A DNA stretch of 64,000 bases, taken from the NCBI RefSeq assembly GCF_009914755.1, contig NC_060927.1; one strand, 5' to 3'. The notes under the pieces were generated by a model. That model worked only from the letters and a program-made list of their open reading frames with translations, ran no database searches and had not been told where the DNA came from. Positions 15,315 to 29,001 of this stretch are shown in pieces. Position numbers and translations under genes: made by a program. Every line of letters begins with the position of its first letter. Position 1 is the stretch's first letter. The DNA comes from the human T2T-CHM13v2.0 reference genome, Homo sapiens.

Positions 15315-17374
15315 ACCTTCTTCACAAGGTGGCAGGAAGGAGAAGGGCAGACTGAAGGGGGAAGAGCCCCTTATAAAACTATCAGATCTCATGAGAATTC
15401 ACTCTCTATCATGAGAAGAGCCTGGGGAAAACCACCCCTATGATTTAATTACCTCCACCTGGCCTCTCTCAACATGTGAGGATTATGGAGATTATAATTC
15501 AAGATGAGATTTGGATGGGAATGTACGAAGCCTAACCTTATCATTCTGCCCCTGTCACACCCAAACTTCATGTCTTTTTCACATTTCAAAACCAACTATG
15601 CCTTTCTAACAGTCCCCCAAAGTCTTAATTCATCCCAGCATTAACCAAAAAGTCCAAGTCCAAGTCTCTTCTGAGACAAGGCAAGTCCCTTCTACCCATG
15701 AGCCTGTAAAATAAAAAACAAGTTAGTTACTTCCTAGATACAATGGGGGTACAGGCATTGGGTAAATACACCCATTACAAGTGGAAGAAATTGGCCAAAA
15801 TGCAGGGACTATAGGCTCCATGCAAGTCCCAAATCAAGCAGGACAGTCAAACCTTAAAGTTTCAAAATGATCTCATTTGAATCCATGTCTCACATTCAGG
15901 TCACACTGATGCAAGATGTGTGCTCCCACAGCCTTTGTCAGTGCCACACCTGTGGCTTTGCAGGGTACAGCACCCCTTCTGGCTGCTTTCAATTGTTGGC
16001 ATTTATTGTCTGCGGCTTTTCCAGCCACACAGTGCAAGCTGCCAGTGGATCTACCATTCTGGCCTCTGGAGGACAGTGACCTCTTCTCATACCTTCACTA
16101 GGCAGTGCCCTACAAGGGACTGTGTAGTGGCTCAGACCCCACATTTCCCTTCCACAATGCACTAGCAGAAGTTCTTCATGAGGGCTCCACCCCTGCTGCA
16201 AGCTTCTGCTTGGACATACAGGCATTTCCATACATCCTCTGAAATCTAGGTGGAGGTTCCTAACCCTCAGTTCCTGACTTCTGTGTACCCACAGGCTCAA
16301 CACTATGTGTAAACCACCAAGACTTAGAGCTTGCACCCTATGAAGCAATGGCCTGAGCTCTACACTGGCCCCTTTTAGCCACGGCTGGGATGCAAGCCAC
16401 CAAATCCGAAGACTGCACAAAGCAGCAAGGCCCTGGGCCAGGACCATGAAACCATTATTTTCTCCTAGGCCTCCGGGCCTGTGATAGGAGGGGCTGCAGT
16501 GAAGACCTCTGATATGCCCTAAAGATATCTTCCCCATTGTCTTGGTGATTCACATTTGGCTCCTCTTTGCTTATGCAAATTTCTACAGCTGACTTGAATT
16601 TCTCTTCAGAAAATAGGTTTTTCTTTTCTGTTGCATCATCAGGCTGCAAATTTTCTAAACTTTTATGCTCTGCTTCCCTTTTAAACATTAGTTTCAATTC
16701 CAAACCATCTCTTTGTTAATGCATAAAACTGAATGCTTTCAAGAGCACCCAAGCTCTTGAATGCTTTGCTGCTTAGAAATTTCTTCTGCCAGATTCCCTA
16801 AATTATCTTTCATGTTCAAAACTCCACAGATCACTAGGGCTGTGGAAAAATGCTAAAGCATAACAAGAGTCACCTTTATTCCAGTCCCCAAAAAGCTTTT
16901 CATCTCCTCTGAAACTACCTTAGCCTGGACTTCATTGTCCATATCACTATCAGCATTTTGGTCAAAGCCATGCCCCACTACCTTGGTATCAATTTACTGT
17001 ATTAGTTTCTTCTCACATTGCTATAAAGAACTGCCTGGAACTGGGTAATTTATAAAGAAAGAGGTTTAATTGACTCACAGTTCAGCATGGTTGGCAAGGC
17101 CTCAGGAAACTTAGAATTATGGCAGGAAGGAAGGAGAAGCAAAATACCTTCTTCACAAGGTGGCAGGAAGGAGAATGAATACAGGAGGAACTACCAAACC
17201 CTTATAAAACCATCAGATCTTGTGAGAAGTAACTCAATATCATGAGAACAGCATGGGGAAAACCACCCACATGGTACAATTACCCCCACCTGGTCTCTCC
17301 CTTGAAACACAGGGATTATGGGGATTACAATTCAAGATGAGATTTGGGTGAGGACTCAAAGCCTAACCACATCA
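15315..17374 (-). mobile_element. THE1D-like MaLR provirus: 5' LTR 16998-17374, internal 15544-16997, truncated 3' LTR 15315-15543
   Basis: Two homologous LTRs (both ACCTTCTTCACAAGGTGGCAGGAAGGAGAA); internal minus-strand peptide LKLMFKREAEHKSLENLQPDD is typical of THE1-int. Confidence 0.9.
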
Positions 17375-18731
17375 ACTCATATCTCTTGGAATGCACAGAA
17401 GTCTAATCAAAGTTAACTAAAGACTTAAATCTAAGACCTCAAACTATGAAACTATTACTAGAAAACACTGGGACAAATCTCTAGGACACTGGTTTGGGCA
17501 AAGATTTCTTGAGCAATACCCTACAAGCACAGGCAACCAAAGCAAACATGGACAAATGGAATCATGCCAAGTTAAAAACCTTTTGCACAGCAAAGGATAC
17601 AATCAAGAAAGTGAAAGGACAACCCACAGAATGCAAGAAAATATTTGCAAACTACCCATCTGATAAGAGGTTAATAATCAGAATATACAAGGAGCTCAAA
17701 CAACTCTATAGAAAAAAATATATAATGAACTGATCAAAACATGAGCAAAAGATTTGAATAGACCTTTATCAAAAGAAGACATACAAATGGTAAACTGGCA
17801 TATTAAATGGTGCTCAATATTGTTGATCATCAGAGAAATGCAAATCAAAACTACAATGAGATACCATATCACCTCAGTTAAAATGGCTTATATTCAAAAC
17901 ACAGGCAATAACAAATGCTGGCCAGGATGTGGAGGAAAGGGCACTCTTGTATATTGTTGGTAGAAATGTAAATTATTGTGGAGATGAGTTTGGGGGTTCC
18001 TAAATAAAACTAAAAATGGAGCTACTTTATGACCCAGCAATCCCCACTGCTGAGTATATACCCAAGAGAAAGGAAATCAGTATATCAAATATATATCTGC
18101 ATTCCTATGTTTGTTGCAGCACTGTTCACAACAGCTAAGATTTGGAAGCAACAACAGATGAATACATAAAGAAAATGTGGTGCTTATACACAATGGATTA
18201 CTATTCAGTCATTAAAAAGAATGAGAATCTGTCATTTGGAACAACATGGATGGAACTGCAGATTATTATGTTAGATTAAATAAGCAAGGCATAGAAGAAC
18301 AAACATTACTTGTTCTCACTCATTTGTGAAACCTAAAAATCAAAACAAGTGAACTCATGGACATAGAAATTAGGAGAATTGTTACCAGAGGCTGGAAACA
18401 GTAGTAGGGGACTGGGGGAGAGGTGGAGATTGTTAATGGATACTAAAAAACAGAGTTAGAAAGAATGAATAAGACCTGCTGTTTGATAGCATAACAGGGT
18501 GACTGTAGTCAATAATAACTTAATTGTACATTTTTAAATAACTTAAAGAGTGTGACTGGATTGTTTATAACTCAAAGGATAAAAGTTTGAGGGGATGGAT
18601 ACCCCATTCTCCATGATGTACATATTTCACACTACATGCCTGTATCAAACCTTTCCATGTACCCCATAAATGTATATACCTACTAAGTACCCACAAACTG
18701 TTTTTCAAAAATTTTAAAAAGAAACTCCTTG

Positions 18732-19690
18732 GATAATCCATGAAAGAAAAAGATGATAAACTGGATTTGAACCAATTAAAATAATTTGCTCTGTTGTCAA
18801 AAAGAGGATGAGAAAACAGCCCACATGCCATAAGAAAACATTTTAAAATCATATATCTTGTACCCAAATGTAAGAAATCTCAAATTTTAACAATAAGTAA
18901 ATAAACACAGTAAAAATATGTTCAAGAGATTTGAACTGACATGATAGCAAAGGTGCTATATGAATGACAGTAAGGCACATGAAAAGGTGATCAACCTCAT
19001 TATTCATTATAAAAACGCTAATTACAACATCTAATAAAAACATACTAGAATGGCTAAAATCCAAAAACAAAATGACAGTAGCAAAGGCTAGTGGGAATAT
19101 GAAACAACTGGAACTGTCATATGTCACTGGTAGAAATATAAATGGTACAGCTACTCTGGGACAGTTTGGTGTTTTTGTACAGTTAAACATAGACTTACTG
19201 TATAACCCAGCAATCCCACTTATGTTCACACAAAACCTGCTGCTTACAATCACCCCAAACTGGAAACCACCCAAATGTTTCTCTAAGAATTACTGGATTA
19301 ACAAATTGCATTATATCCCCATACAATGAAACATTACTGAGCAAGAAAAAGGAACACTCTATTTTTACACAAAACAATTTGGATGAGTCCCAAATGCTAA
19401 GTGAAAGAAGGCCATTTCTAAAGTAACATACTGTATGTTTCTACTTACATGACATTCTGAAAAGGTAAAGCTATTAGGAAGAGAAAACAGATTGGTTGTT
19501 GCCAGTGGTTAGGTTTGGTGGGACTGTCTACCTGCAAATGGTAGTATCCAAGGCTCCATAGGGTGTTGGGATTGTTCTCTATCTTGTTAGGAAGGCTGGT
19601 TACAAGAATATATGCTTGCGTTAAAACTCGTAACTCTGGATGCTATCAGAAAATAAATTTTACTTTATGTAAGTTCAAATATAATAAATG
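18732..19690 (+). mobile_element. Old L1M 3' end, continuation of the 9880-11817 element
   Basis: Degenerate ORF2 Cys-domain and 3'UTR motifs (ACTAGAATGGCTAAAAT, ACCCAGCAATCCCACT, CTAAGTGAAAGAAGGCC). Confidence 0.65.
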
Positions 19691-19939
19691 ATAGCAATTT
19701 GTGATATTAAGGTCATTTAATTTAAAAAATAATATCTAATCAACCCAATATTAAGAAAGTTTAACATTATGATCGCAAAATTCTAAGTAATTTAATTGTA
19801 CTCAATGTGAATTACTTTCTCAAAGGAGCATGTGATTGTAAAACCTACCTGTAAGTTTGCTTGTAAGATATCTTATCCATCTCTAATCAGATGTCATGGA
19901 AGTGGATGAATGTCCCTATCCTTTAAATGTTCTGCTTTA

Positions 19940-20240
19940 GGAACAGAAAACCAAATACCACGTGCTCTCACTTATCAGTGGGAACTGAATGATGTGAACA
20001 CATGGACACGTGGTGAGGAGAAACACACACTGGGACCTCTCAGAGGGTGGGGCTGCGGGAGGAAGAGCGTCAGGAAGAATAGCTAATGAGTGCTGGGCTT
20101 AACACCTGGATGATGGGGTGATCTGTGCGGCAAACCACCATGGCACTTGTTTACCTATGTGACAAACCTGCACATCCTGTACATGTACCCCTGAACTTAA
20201 AATAAGAATTGGAAATTTAAAAAAACAAAAAGCCAAAAAT
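19940..20240 (+). mobile_element. 5'-truncated L1PA (L1PA13-like) 3'UTR with TSD
   Basis: L1PA 3'UTR motifs and A-tail; TSD TTCTGCTTTA at 19930-19939 and 20241-20250. Confidence 0.85.
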
Positions 20241-21436
20241 TTCTGCTTTAATTAAATATCATTATCTTTTTATAATGCAAAGAAAAATGTGTCTTAAATT
20301 GTATTTAAGATTACATTGATTTTATTCGACACCATCATTCAGTTTACCTGAAATTCTTATCCTGAAAATATCTGACATAGGTGACTCTACATATAACAAA
20401 AGAAAACAAATATCAGTAACTTTACAGATTGTGCCAAACTTCTTCCTCAACGTAATGGACTGTGTTATCAGCCATTCAAAGCATCTACATCTAAACGAAG
20501 ACATCTAGATGAGTAACTTCTATGCATAGCTTCAGTTATTCAATTTTGCTCAAATTACAGTGGACTACTAGTGAATTGTCACTATAGATATTCATAGGCT
20601 TCATATAAAATATTGGCCATGTTCCTATATGATTCTGGTTGCTCCAGAGGTCTTGGATTCATAATTACCTGAGCGTTTCTAACATGTATTAACATGAAGC
20701 ATCAATTGTTTCTGGTAAATGAGGAATAAGTGGTTTTTGTTCAGAATTGCTCTCTGTAGATTCTCTGCTAGTATTATAATCCTCTTTGATTGAGGTAAAA
20801 ATAACCTGGATGACTAAAGGTAAATTTTTCCACAAAGGAGAATTAATGCACTGTCTGTTTTCTGTAGAATTATGACAGATTTTATGCCTTTGTTAAATCC
20901 TAAGATTAGTTGGTATAACTACTTTCAATGCTCTGGCCTATTTTCTTTGTTGCTAAAATGAAAATAGATCAGAAACACCTTTTGAGGCCTCTGGATTTAT
21001 AATTTAAGAATTAACTCTGAGAAAGTAGTAGGTGAATAAATAGAGTTATAATCTAAGACAACGTTACATTCCTTGTGTGAGTCTCACATCTAAGACCCGG
21101 CAGTACTTTCTTCCTCTGTGCATTCTCACGAATACCCACACACTGTAAGCATAGTTTCTAAGATTCCATAATTATTAATCCTAACAATAAGAATGACTCA
21201 GAATGCAGAATATTACAATGCAGACTCTGTCCTGTCAGGTAAAGTAAGGAAAGGTAAATACTGCTTACCGATACACATTATTAAATGGTCTGTTCTAATT
21301 TCTAATTGTAACTTCTTGGTTTCAATATTAGACATACATAGAAAGTTCTGCCTAAGTAACTTGAGGCTGATTCCCTGTGGCACAGGTCCTTACTAATAGA
21401 TGGTGGTTTTAGAATTTGCATTAAGTCTTTCTATCT

Positions 21437-21760
21437 AGTTCATTTCAACAAATATTTACCGAATATCCACTCTAGTCGAGGCACTGTGCTACCATATGGG
21501 AACATAAAGATGACTAGGACAATCCCTATCCTGCAGGAGTGTACAATTACAAAGCAGAGATGTGTTGATTGTTATGATTAATATAAAGTATAGCAGGGTT
21601 CCAAATGCATGAAGCTAGACTGAAGCATGGAGAATATTTAAAGGAGAAAAACCCTGAGTCTACTTGGGGAGATTAATCAAGATTTCAAGGAAGAGGTAAC
21701 ATTGGAAAGGGTCCACTGAGAGGGAGTCAGACTTTGGTGGGCACAAACCCAAAATGAAGG
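21437..21760 (-). mobile_element. L2 3' fragment
   Basis: TTCAACAAATATTTACCGAAT...GGCACTGTGCTA and AGGAAGAGGTAACATTG are L2 hallmarks. Confidence 0.6.
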
Positions 21761-23062
21761 AGATGGGAACAGTAAGTGCTTTTGTTTACTGCATGCGGAT
21801 TGATGGTGAGAAGTTAACCAGTAAATCGGAGAGCCCAGACCTTAAATATCTAGTCAAGTTTGTGTTCCATTAAGACAATAAGTTTGCTGACTAAAGATTT
21901 TTGAAAGAATTAGATGACATTTTCATGAAAAAATACACTCATATGGACATCAGCATGCACATACATATGTATACATATTTATACAGAGCATACATATATA
22001 TTTATATACATATAGAGTACATTTCATTTAAATGAAACGAAACTACTTGGACTGTGGAGGATAAATTTAGAGAAATCTACACTTGGAATCACCTGTTACA
22101 ATATAAATATAAAACTTTATGGCATAGATAGTCATCAGTGTTATACTCAGAACATTCAAGTAAATATATGATAATTGTATAATATCAGGGTTATATGCTT
22201 TTATAGTATAATGCATATAAATTTATAGTATGTAGTATACTAGTAGGCTCAAAATATGACTAGTACTGGTGCCATTATTTTTGAAAATTAGCTAAGGCAC
22301 TAAAAAAGATAATTCATGTGAACTAGACTGATAAGCTGAAAACATTGCTACTTGTTATTTTTATGTCAAATGTAATTTGTTTTAGAATAAACATTATAAT
22401 TGGCTATTCAATGCCCACACACTTAGTATAACTTTTTAGGTAGAATCAGTGATTTTATGGTAACGTCTAACCTTGTGGGGAAAAATATTTCTCTAAACTT
22501 CAGTTTACTGAAACTTAAATTTCACACAGAGTCATTGACTAAAAAAGAAAGTCACCAGGACCTTCTCATCCATCTCATAAATTGCTAATGCCCACTTCTA
22601 ATGGTGCATTTGCAATTGGTTTGGTCTATGAATGACACACCCATAATCATATAACTTCCTAATAACATTTTGTGGTTTATACTCCTCTAATAATTCTCTG
22701 TTTAACAATGGTCATAATGATTTTCATACAATACAGATACTTAAATAATATTTTGCATTTTTCCAGATTATATTTTGGCATAAGTTAAACATTATGTTCA
22801 TTGTTTATCTTCAATTAAAATAACAGACAAATCTACTAAAGTGAAAGACATGGCAGGAAGGTAAAGACTCTAAAAGCACATGTTTTTAATTGTGAGAAAT
22901 AATTTTGTCCATTTCTAGAAAAAAGATAGGAAAGGTGATTCTTAAGTATTTAATGTACAGATAAATGATTCATTAATAATTTTTACACAATTATTTAATT
23001 TGAATGGATAAATATTATTAAGAATTGTCATAAGTATATATATAAGACATAGTCTTACATGC

Positions 23063-23430
23063 TGTATTAGTCCATTTGTACACTGCCTAAAGAACTACCT
23101 GAGACTGGGTAATTTATGAAGAAAAGAGATTTAATTGACTCATAGTTCCACAGCCTTAACAGGAAGCATGACTGGAAGGCCTTAAGAAACTTACAATCAT
23201 GGTGGAAGGTGAGAGGGAAGGAAGGACCTTCTTCACATGGTGCCAGGAGAGAGAGGCAGTGAAGGGGGGAATTATCACACACTTTTAAACCGTCATATCT
23301 CATGAGAGCTCACTCACTATTATGAGAACAGCAAGGGGGAAATTTCCCCCCATGATCCAATCTCCTCCCACCAGTCTCCTCCTCCAATTCAACATGAGAT
23401 TTGGGTGGGGGCACAAATCCAAATAGATTA
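23063..23430 (-). mobile_element. MSTA/THE1D-like solo LTR
   Basis: TGTATTAGTCCATT...ACCTGAGACTGGGTAATTTAT...GAGATTTGGGTGGGGGCACAAATCCAAA. Confidence 0.85.
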
Positions 23431-23743
23431 TTGTAAGTATAATGAAATATAAGTGCCATTTATTTATTTAAAAACCATTTTTTGAGAACATACTATGTAC
23501 TAGACATGGTACTGTAACTCTTGTTCTGAGGATTGTATGAAAATTATCATGTTAAAATTCATATGACAAAAGAATGGGTCTACCTCAAGAAGGGTATGGG
23601 AAGCTATAAAAAGAATGGATATTTGATCTGGAATTTAAAGATCAGGTAGAAGAAGCTTGTCTTAATGGAAATAGAGATAAGACATGAGAGAGTGAAAAAA
23701 GAAAATAAGCAAAAATAGAAGGGAGCTTAAATGCTATCCCATT

Positions 23744-24252
23744 TGTTGTGGGTTGAATTGTGTTCTCCCCCAAAATATGTCGAAGTCTTAACCCCAGTAC
23801 CTGTGAATGGGACCTTATTGGGCAATAGGATCTTTGAAGATATAATTCTGATGTAACTTAGTAGATGGAGTCATGCTGGAGGCCCTTAATTCAATACACC
23901 TCATGTGCTAAAAAAAAGAGAAGGGACGAGAAGAGACATATACAGAAAGAAAATAACACCATGGCAGAATACAGACACACACAGAGAAGGAAGACAGCCG
24001 TGTGACTTTGGTGGAAGAGATGTGAGTGATGGCAACTGCAAGCCAAGGAACACACAAGATTGTTCAAAACCCTCAGAAGCTGGGAGAGAGGCATGAAACA
24101 CATTTTCCTTCAGAATCCCCAAGTTGCAACCAAACCTGCCGAAACCTGGATTTCAGACTTTTAGCTTCTAAACTGTGAGAGAATAAATTTCTACTGTTTA
24201 AACCACCCAGTTTGTGGGAACTTACTACAGCAGTCCCAAGAAACTTGCATAC
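23744..24252 (+). mobile_element. MLT1B/C-like LTR
   Basis: TGTTGTGGGTTGAATTGTG...ACCCCAGTACCTGTGAAT...AACTGTGAGAGAATAAATTTCT. Confidence 0.82.
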
Positions 24253-27200
24253 TATGCTGAATAAATGAGGTAGAGTTGTCAAAAGGTGGAACAATTAGTT
24301 ATAAAAACATATGGAGAGAAATGAGAAGGAAAGAAAAAGTCTAATAAAACTAGGCATTTTGTGAATAAGCTAAGGAGTCAAACTCTTAGCATATAATAAT
24401 ATAGAGTTTGTCTTTTAATTCAAGGCAGTTACATTCTTCTATTTTTTTTTTTATTAAAGAGAGCATGAGTTTCAGAGAAGATGATAATTTTGAAAGGCTA
24501 AAAGCTACAGCTATATAGGCCAGAGAAAAGACAATTTCAATTTTCTAATGAGGGATAATGATAGTTTATGCTATGTATTGTTACACATGTAATGCCCTCT
24601 AGAGATGAACATGCTACATTGGACCCAGCCTAATAAACGACCTTTGATGTCGTTTTCCTATCAATGGTGAAGGGTTTCGCCAATCTATCCAGAGTTGCCC
24701 TTCTTGTTTCTCTGGGGGTTAAGGCCCTCATTAGAAAGTTAGACAGAGAGGGTAATACCTTGGTAATGGCATGGGCAATGTCTTTGATGAATGCACTCTT
24801 AAGAGCAAGATAATTTAAGTGCACATTACAGAATATTATGGCAAACAATAAAGCTTGCATAGATTGAAAAACAGACCTTTCCCTCACTGTTATTAACTGG
24901 GAAAACTAGCTTTGAATTGTAATTAATTTTGGGGTTGGATCAGTTATAAAATGCATATCTTATAAACTAAAGGTTTATTTTTTCGGACAAGATACAACTT
25001 CCAGTAACAGGTGAATTTGAATAAGTATTAACTAATTTTAAATAGTTATCCAAAATAACATTATCTAGTTAGAATCAGAGGGACACACACAGGTTGGGAA
25101 ATATTTTGCATTTCTTGGTGCAATTCTATATTTAATGATTTTTTTCTATGATCTATAATAATAAGAACAATTATTGACATTGTATTTGGTAAAAAATGCT
25201 TGATTTGGATTCGAAGTTTCATTCTTACAAAACTGTATGTTTTGGTGTCAAAATGATAACTCAATATACATCATATTCTTATATCACTGGACCACTGTAA
25301 ATGTATAAAAAGTCTAGGATATAGTTTTCTTTAATTTTACAGTTTAAAAAATAAATTTCTGAGAAAGTCATCACAATTATTGCAAATAATTGTATGATTA
25401 TGAAAAAAATGGCAGTAGTCACAATGCTACTTGTAAACAGAAAGATACTTGGTCATGTGAAAGATACTTGTAGTCCACTAGGCACATATAGGCCATACTT
25501 CTTCAATCTAAAAGACAGAAGAGGCATCTGAGTAACAGACATGTTTCCTTTACTCACCTAGCTTCCTTTTTCTATCCTTTATTGAATTATAATAATAGAA
25601 TAGGTCTTATTATCAATTAAGTGATCTTTCTTGTTCTCACAATGAGAGCAGCTGCATCAAGTAAGTTTTCGCCTTACTAAAAACTTTCAGATGTCTTTTG
25701 GTTTTATTATTCAATTTTTGAGATGTATAATTAAATCCCTGGGAATGAGTGGATATAATTTAGAAGGCAATTCAGCTCTGTGAACTTATACAGATGTCAC
25801 TAAAATCATGTTTGATGGATAATTTCAGAAACAATGAAAGCATCATTAACTAGAGTAACTTGGAAAAGCACAAGTAAAAGACACTGTTATTTTGACAATA
25901 TTGAGTTAAATAGAGGCCACAGGAAAAAAAAAAAAAAAAAAAAAACCTGCACATCAAAGTTAACTGATCAGCATTCAATGTAAGACATTCTTGGAGAACT
26001 GGAATGTTTGCTTTGGTTTTGTTGAAGTGATTAACATGAATATGTCAGCTGCGTAATTCAGTGAACAAAATTCATTTCACTGTAGGAAGTCCATGTGGGT
26101 TAAAGGAAAACAAAATCTCTTTGTATGTCCAAATGGTTTTAAAAAGGATCTAGGGAACAGTTAGTATGGTTCTTACTAATTGTTTTCTTTCTTTAGGTGG
26201 AATAAATAATTCTAATAAATAAAGGGAATAATCATAAGAATATTCTGAAAGGAACTAACAGAAAGCTCAGTGCAAAATGAAAAACTATAAGCTTACAATA
26301 AACTATGTTTTGTATATAGATTTATAGGTATATAAAAGGTTAGATAAATAGAACAGCAATAGAGAACAGAGATAGAAATAAAGATTGATTCTAGGTCTAT
26401 ACCATGTCTTTATTTAATTTAATATAAAAGAAAATCATCGATCAAAGATGCAAGAAATTTTTTTTAAGAATCCAAATGTTGTTAGAATTGACTGTAATAA
26501 AAATAGTTTGCCATAGGGCTTTTCATGGTACATTAAAATTAAGAAAAATATTTTCCCATTTACTAGCAGGTCAAGTTGCTTCTTTTCAGTGATCATAATC
26601 AATTATCCAGGAAAAGGGACAGAAGAAATCAGGAAAAAGGAGAATAGACTCTTTATGCATAGGTAGGTTCAGAATTAACAAAGTTTTGTGGTGGTGGTTC
26701 TTTGCTTTGACACAGATTCAATGTAATAAAATTTGTACCACCTTTAGGCAAAATTGAGACCAATAGAAGAAAAATGTAACATAGAGTCTTGAAGTTGTGT
26801 CAATAGAAGAATTTAAAAACATATTTGCTTTTAAAAATTGTTTTATGGCCATATAATTTGCATTCAATAAAGTGCACACATCCTAAATGTTCATTTTGAT
26901 GAGTTATGATAATTTTATACACTCCTGTAACAAACACCCTAAGTAAGATATAGAACATTTGTATCACCCTAGAATTACATTATATGCCTTTCTATTCAAT
27001 TTCCACCTAGAAGTGGGAGCTACTTTCTGATTTCCACCAACACATATCAGTTTGTTTTGCATAGTCCTGGATTCTTATAAATTGAATCATGTAGTGTGTA
27101 ATCTTTTGTGTGTCTGACTTTTTTCACTCAACATAATATCGTTAAGATCCATGCATGTGGTTGCATGTATCATTAATTTGTTAGTTTATTGCTAAATAGT

Positions 27201-27497
27201 ACACCATTATAGGAAAATATCAAAATGTATTAATCCATTCTCTTGTTGATAGATATTCGAGTTGTTTCTATTTTATCTACTGTAATTAAGGCTGTTATAA
27301 GCATTTTTATATAACATGTTTATGGACGTATGTTTTATTTTTATTTGGATAAAGACTCTAGAACACAATTGAGTGATTATAACATTAGATTGTATATATT
27401 TAAGTTTAACTGTATAAGAAATTGCCAAAGTGTTTTCCAATAGTGTTGTAGTATTTTTTGTCACCACCAGCAATTTTTGAGAATGCAAGTTGTTCTG

Positions 27498-27994
27498 TAT
27501 GTTAGGCAACATAATGGCCCCCAGAGAAGTCCTAATCCCAAAAACCTATGAATTTGTTACTTTCTATGGCAAAAGGAGCTTTGAAGATGGGATTAGTTTG
27601 AGGATCTTGAGATGGGAAAGTTATTCTGGATTATCTGCTGAATCGAGTATAATCACAGGGTATTTGTAAGATGAAGACAAGAGAGTCAGCGTCAAAGAGA
27701 TATAATAATGGTGGCAGACACAGAGGGGAAGGAGAGAAAGAGAAAGCAGAAGATGCTCTGCTGCTGGCTTTGAAAATGGTGGAAGAGGCCATGAACTAAG
27801 GAGTGAATGTGGCCTCCAGAAGGTAGAAAAGGCATGGGAATAGGTTATCCCTTTAGAGCCTTCAGAAGAAGCCCAGACCTCCCAACATCTTGATTTTTAG
27901 GACTTTTGACCACATAACATAATATTTAAAAGTTGTGTTGTTTTAAGCCACTAAGTTTGTGGAAATGTGTATTAGCAGTAACAGAAAACTAATA
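27498..27994 (+). mobile_element. MLT1D-like LTR
   Basis: ATAATGGCCCCC...CCTAATCCC...GGATCTTGAGATGGG...TTTTAAGCCACTAAGTTTGTGG...AAACTAATA. Confidence 0.8.
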
Positions 27995-28240
27995 TGCATC
28001 CTTGCCAACATTTGCTGTCACCAATCTTTTTAGTTTTAGTCATTCTAGTGGGTGTGAAATGGTTTAGCATTATCATTTTAATTTGCATTTCCTTGATGAC
28101 CCATGATGTTGAGCAAATTTTCATACTCTATCAGGCCATTTGTGTATCTTTTCCTGTGAAGAATTTCTTTTCAAGGCTTTGACCATCATTCTACTGAATT
28201 ATTGTTTCTTCTGTTGTTGATTATCAGGAGCTTTAATATA

Positions 28241-29001
28241 TAGTTGACACTTGAACAACATGGATCTGAACTACACAAGTCCACTTATTGGTGGATTTTC
28301 TTCAGCCTCTGCCACCCTTGAGACAACAAGACCAATACCTCCTCTTTTTCCTTCTCCTCAGCCTACTCAACTTGAAGATGGTGAGAATGAAGACCTTTAT
28401 GATCATCCACTTCTACTTGTTGAATAGTAAATATATTTTTTCCTTATAGTTTTCTTAATAACACTTTCTTTTCTCTTGATTACTTTATTGCCAGAATACA
28501 GTACATAGTACATATAATAAGCAAAGTATGTATTAGTTTACTGTTTAAGTGATAGGTAAGGCTTCCACTCAACAGCAGGCAACAGCCAGGTGTTGTGACA
28601 CATGCCTGTAATCCTAGCATTTTGGGAGGCCGAGGTGGAGGATCGCTTGAGCCCAGGAGTTCAAGACCAGCCTAAGTAACATAGTGAGACCCCCATCTCC
28701 ACAAAAAATTAAAATACCTAATCATGGTGGTGCATGCCTGCAATCCCAGCTACTCAGGAACCTACAATAGGAGCCAAAAAGGTGGAGGTTACAATGAGCC
28801 ATTATTGCACTACTGCACTGCACTCCTGCCTGGGAGACAGAGTGAGACCTTGTCTCAAAACACTACAACAAACAACAACAACAGCAACAAAAATCAGTAG
28901 GTATTAATAGTTAGGTTTTTTGGGAGTCAGAAGTTATACACAGATTTTGACTGTGCAGGGGATCAGCGCTCCTAACGCCTGCATTCTTCAAGGGTTACCT
29001 G
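28241..29001 (+). mobile_element. Tigger2a-like non-autonomous Tc1/mariner DNA transposon, split by an Alu
   Basis: Terminal inverted repeats TAGTTGACACTTGAACAA / TTCTTCAAGGGTTACCTG flanked by TA; internal CAGCCTACTCAAC...GAAGACCTTTATGAT. Confidence 0.85.
28584..28893 (+). mobile_element. AluJ
   Basis: GAGGATCGCTTGAGCCCAGGAGTTC and ATAGTGAGACCCC are AluJ diagnostics; CAA-rich tail. Confidence 0.88.

Larger units (their letters stand above)
11818..18720 (+). mobile_element. Formerly full-length L1MA1/L1MA2-like LINE-1 with most of ORF2 deleted and LTR insertions
   Basis: ~2-kb L1M1-type 5'UTR; ORF1 remnant ~13820-14750; ORF2 resumes only at 17375 ([16 protein letters not shown]); 3'UTR GAGGGGATGGATACCCC. 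TSD AG(G/A)AACTCCTTG at 11806-11817 and 18720-18731. Confidence 0.82.

Noticed and set aside
15867-16703. Cluster of ORFs up to 182 aa
   Set aside because: Fragments and alternative frames of the THE1 internal region.
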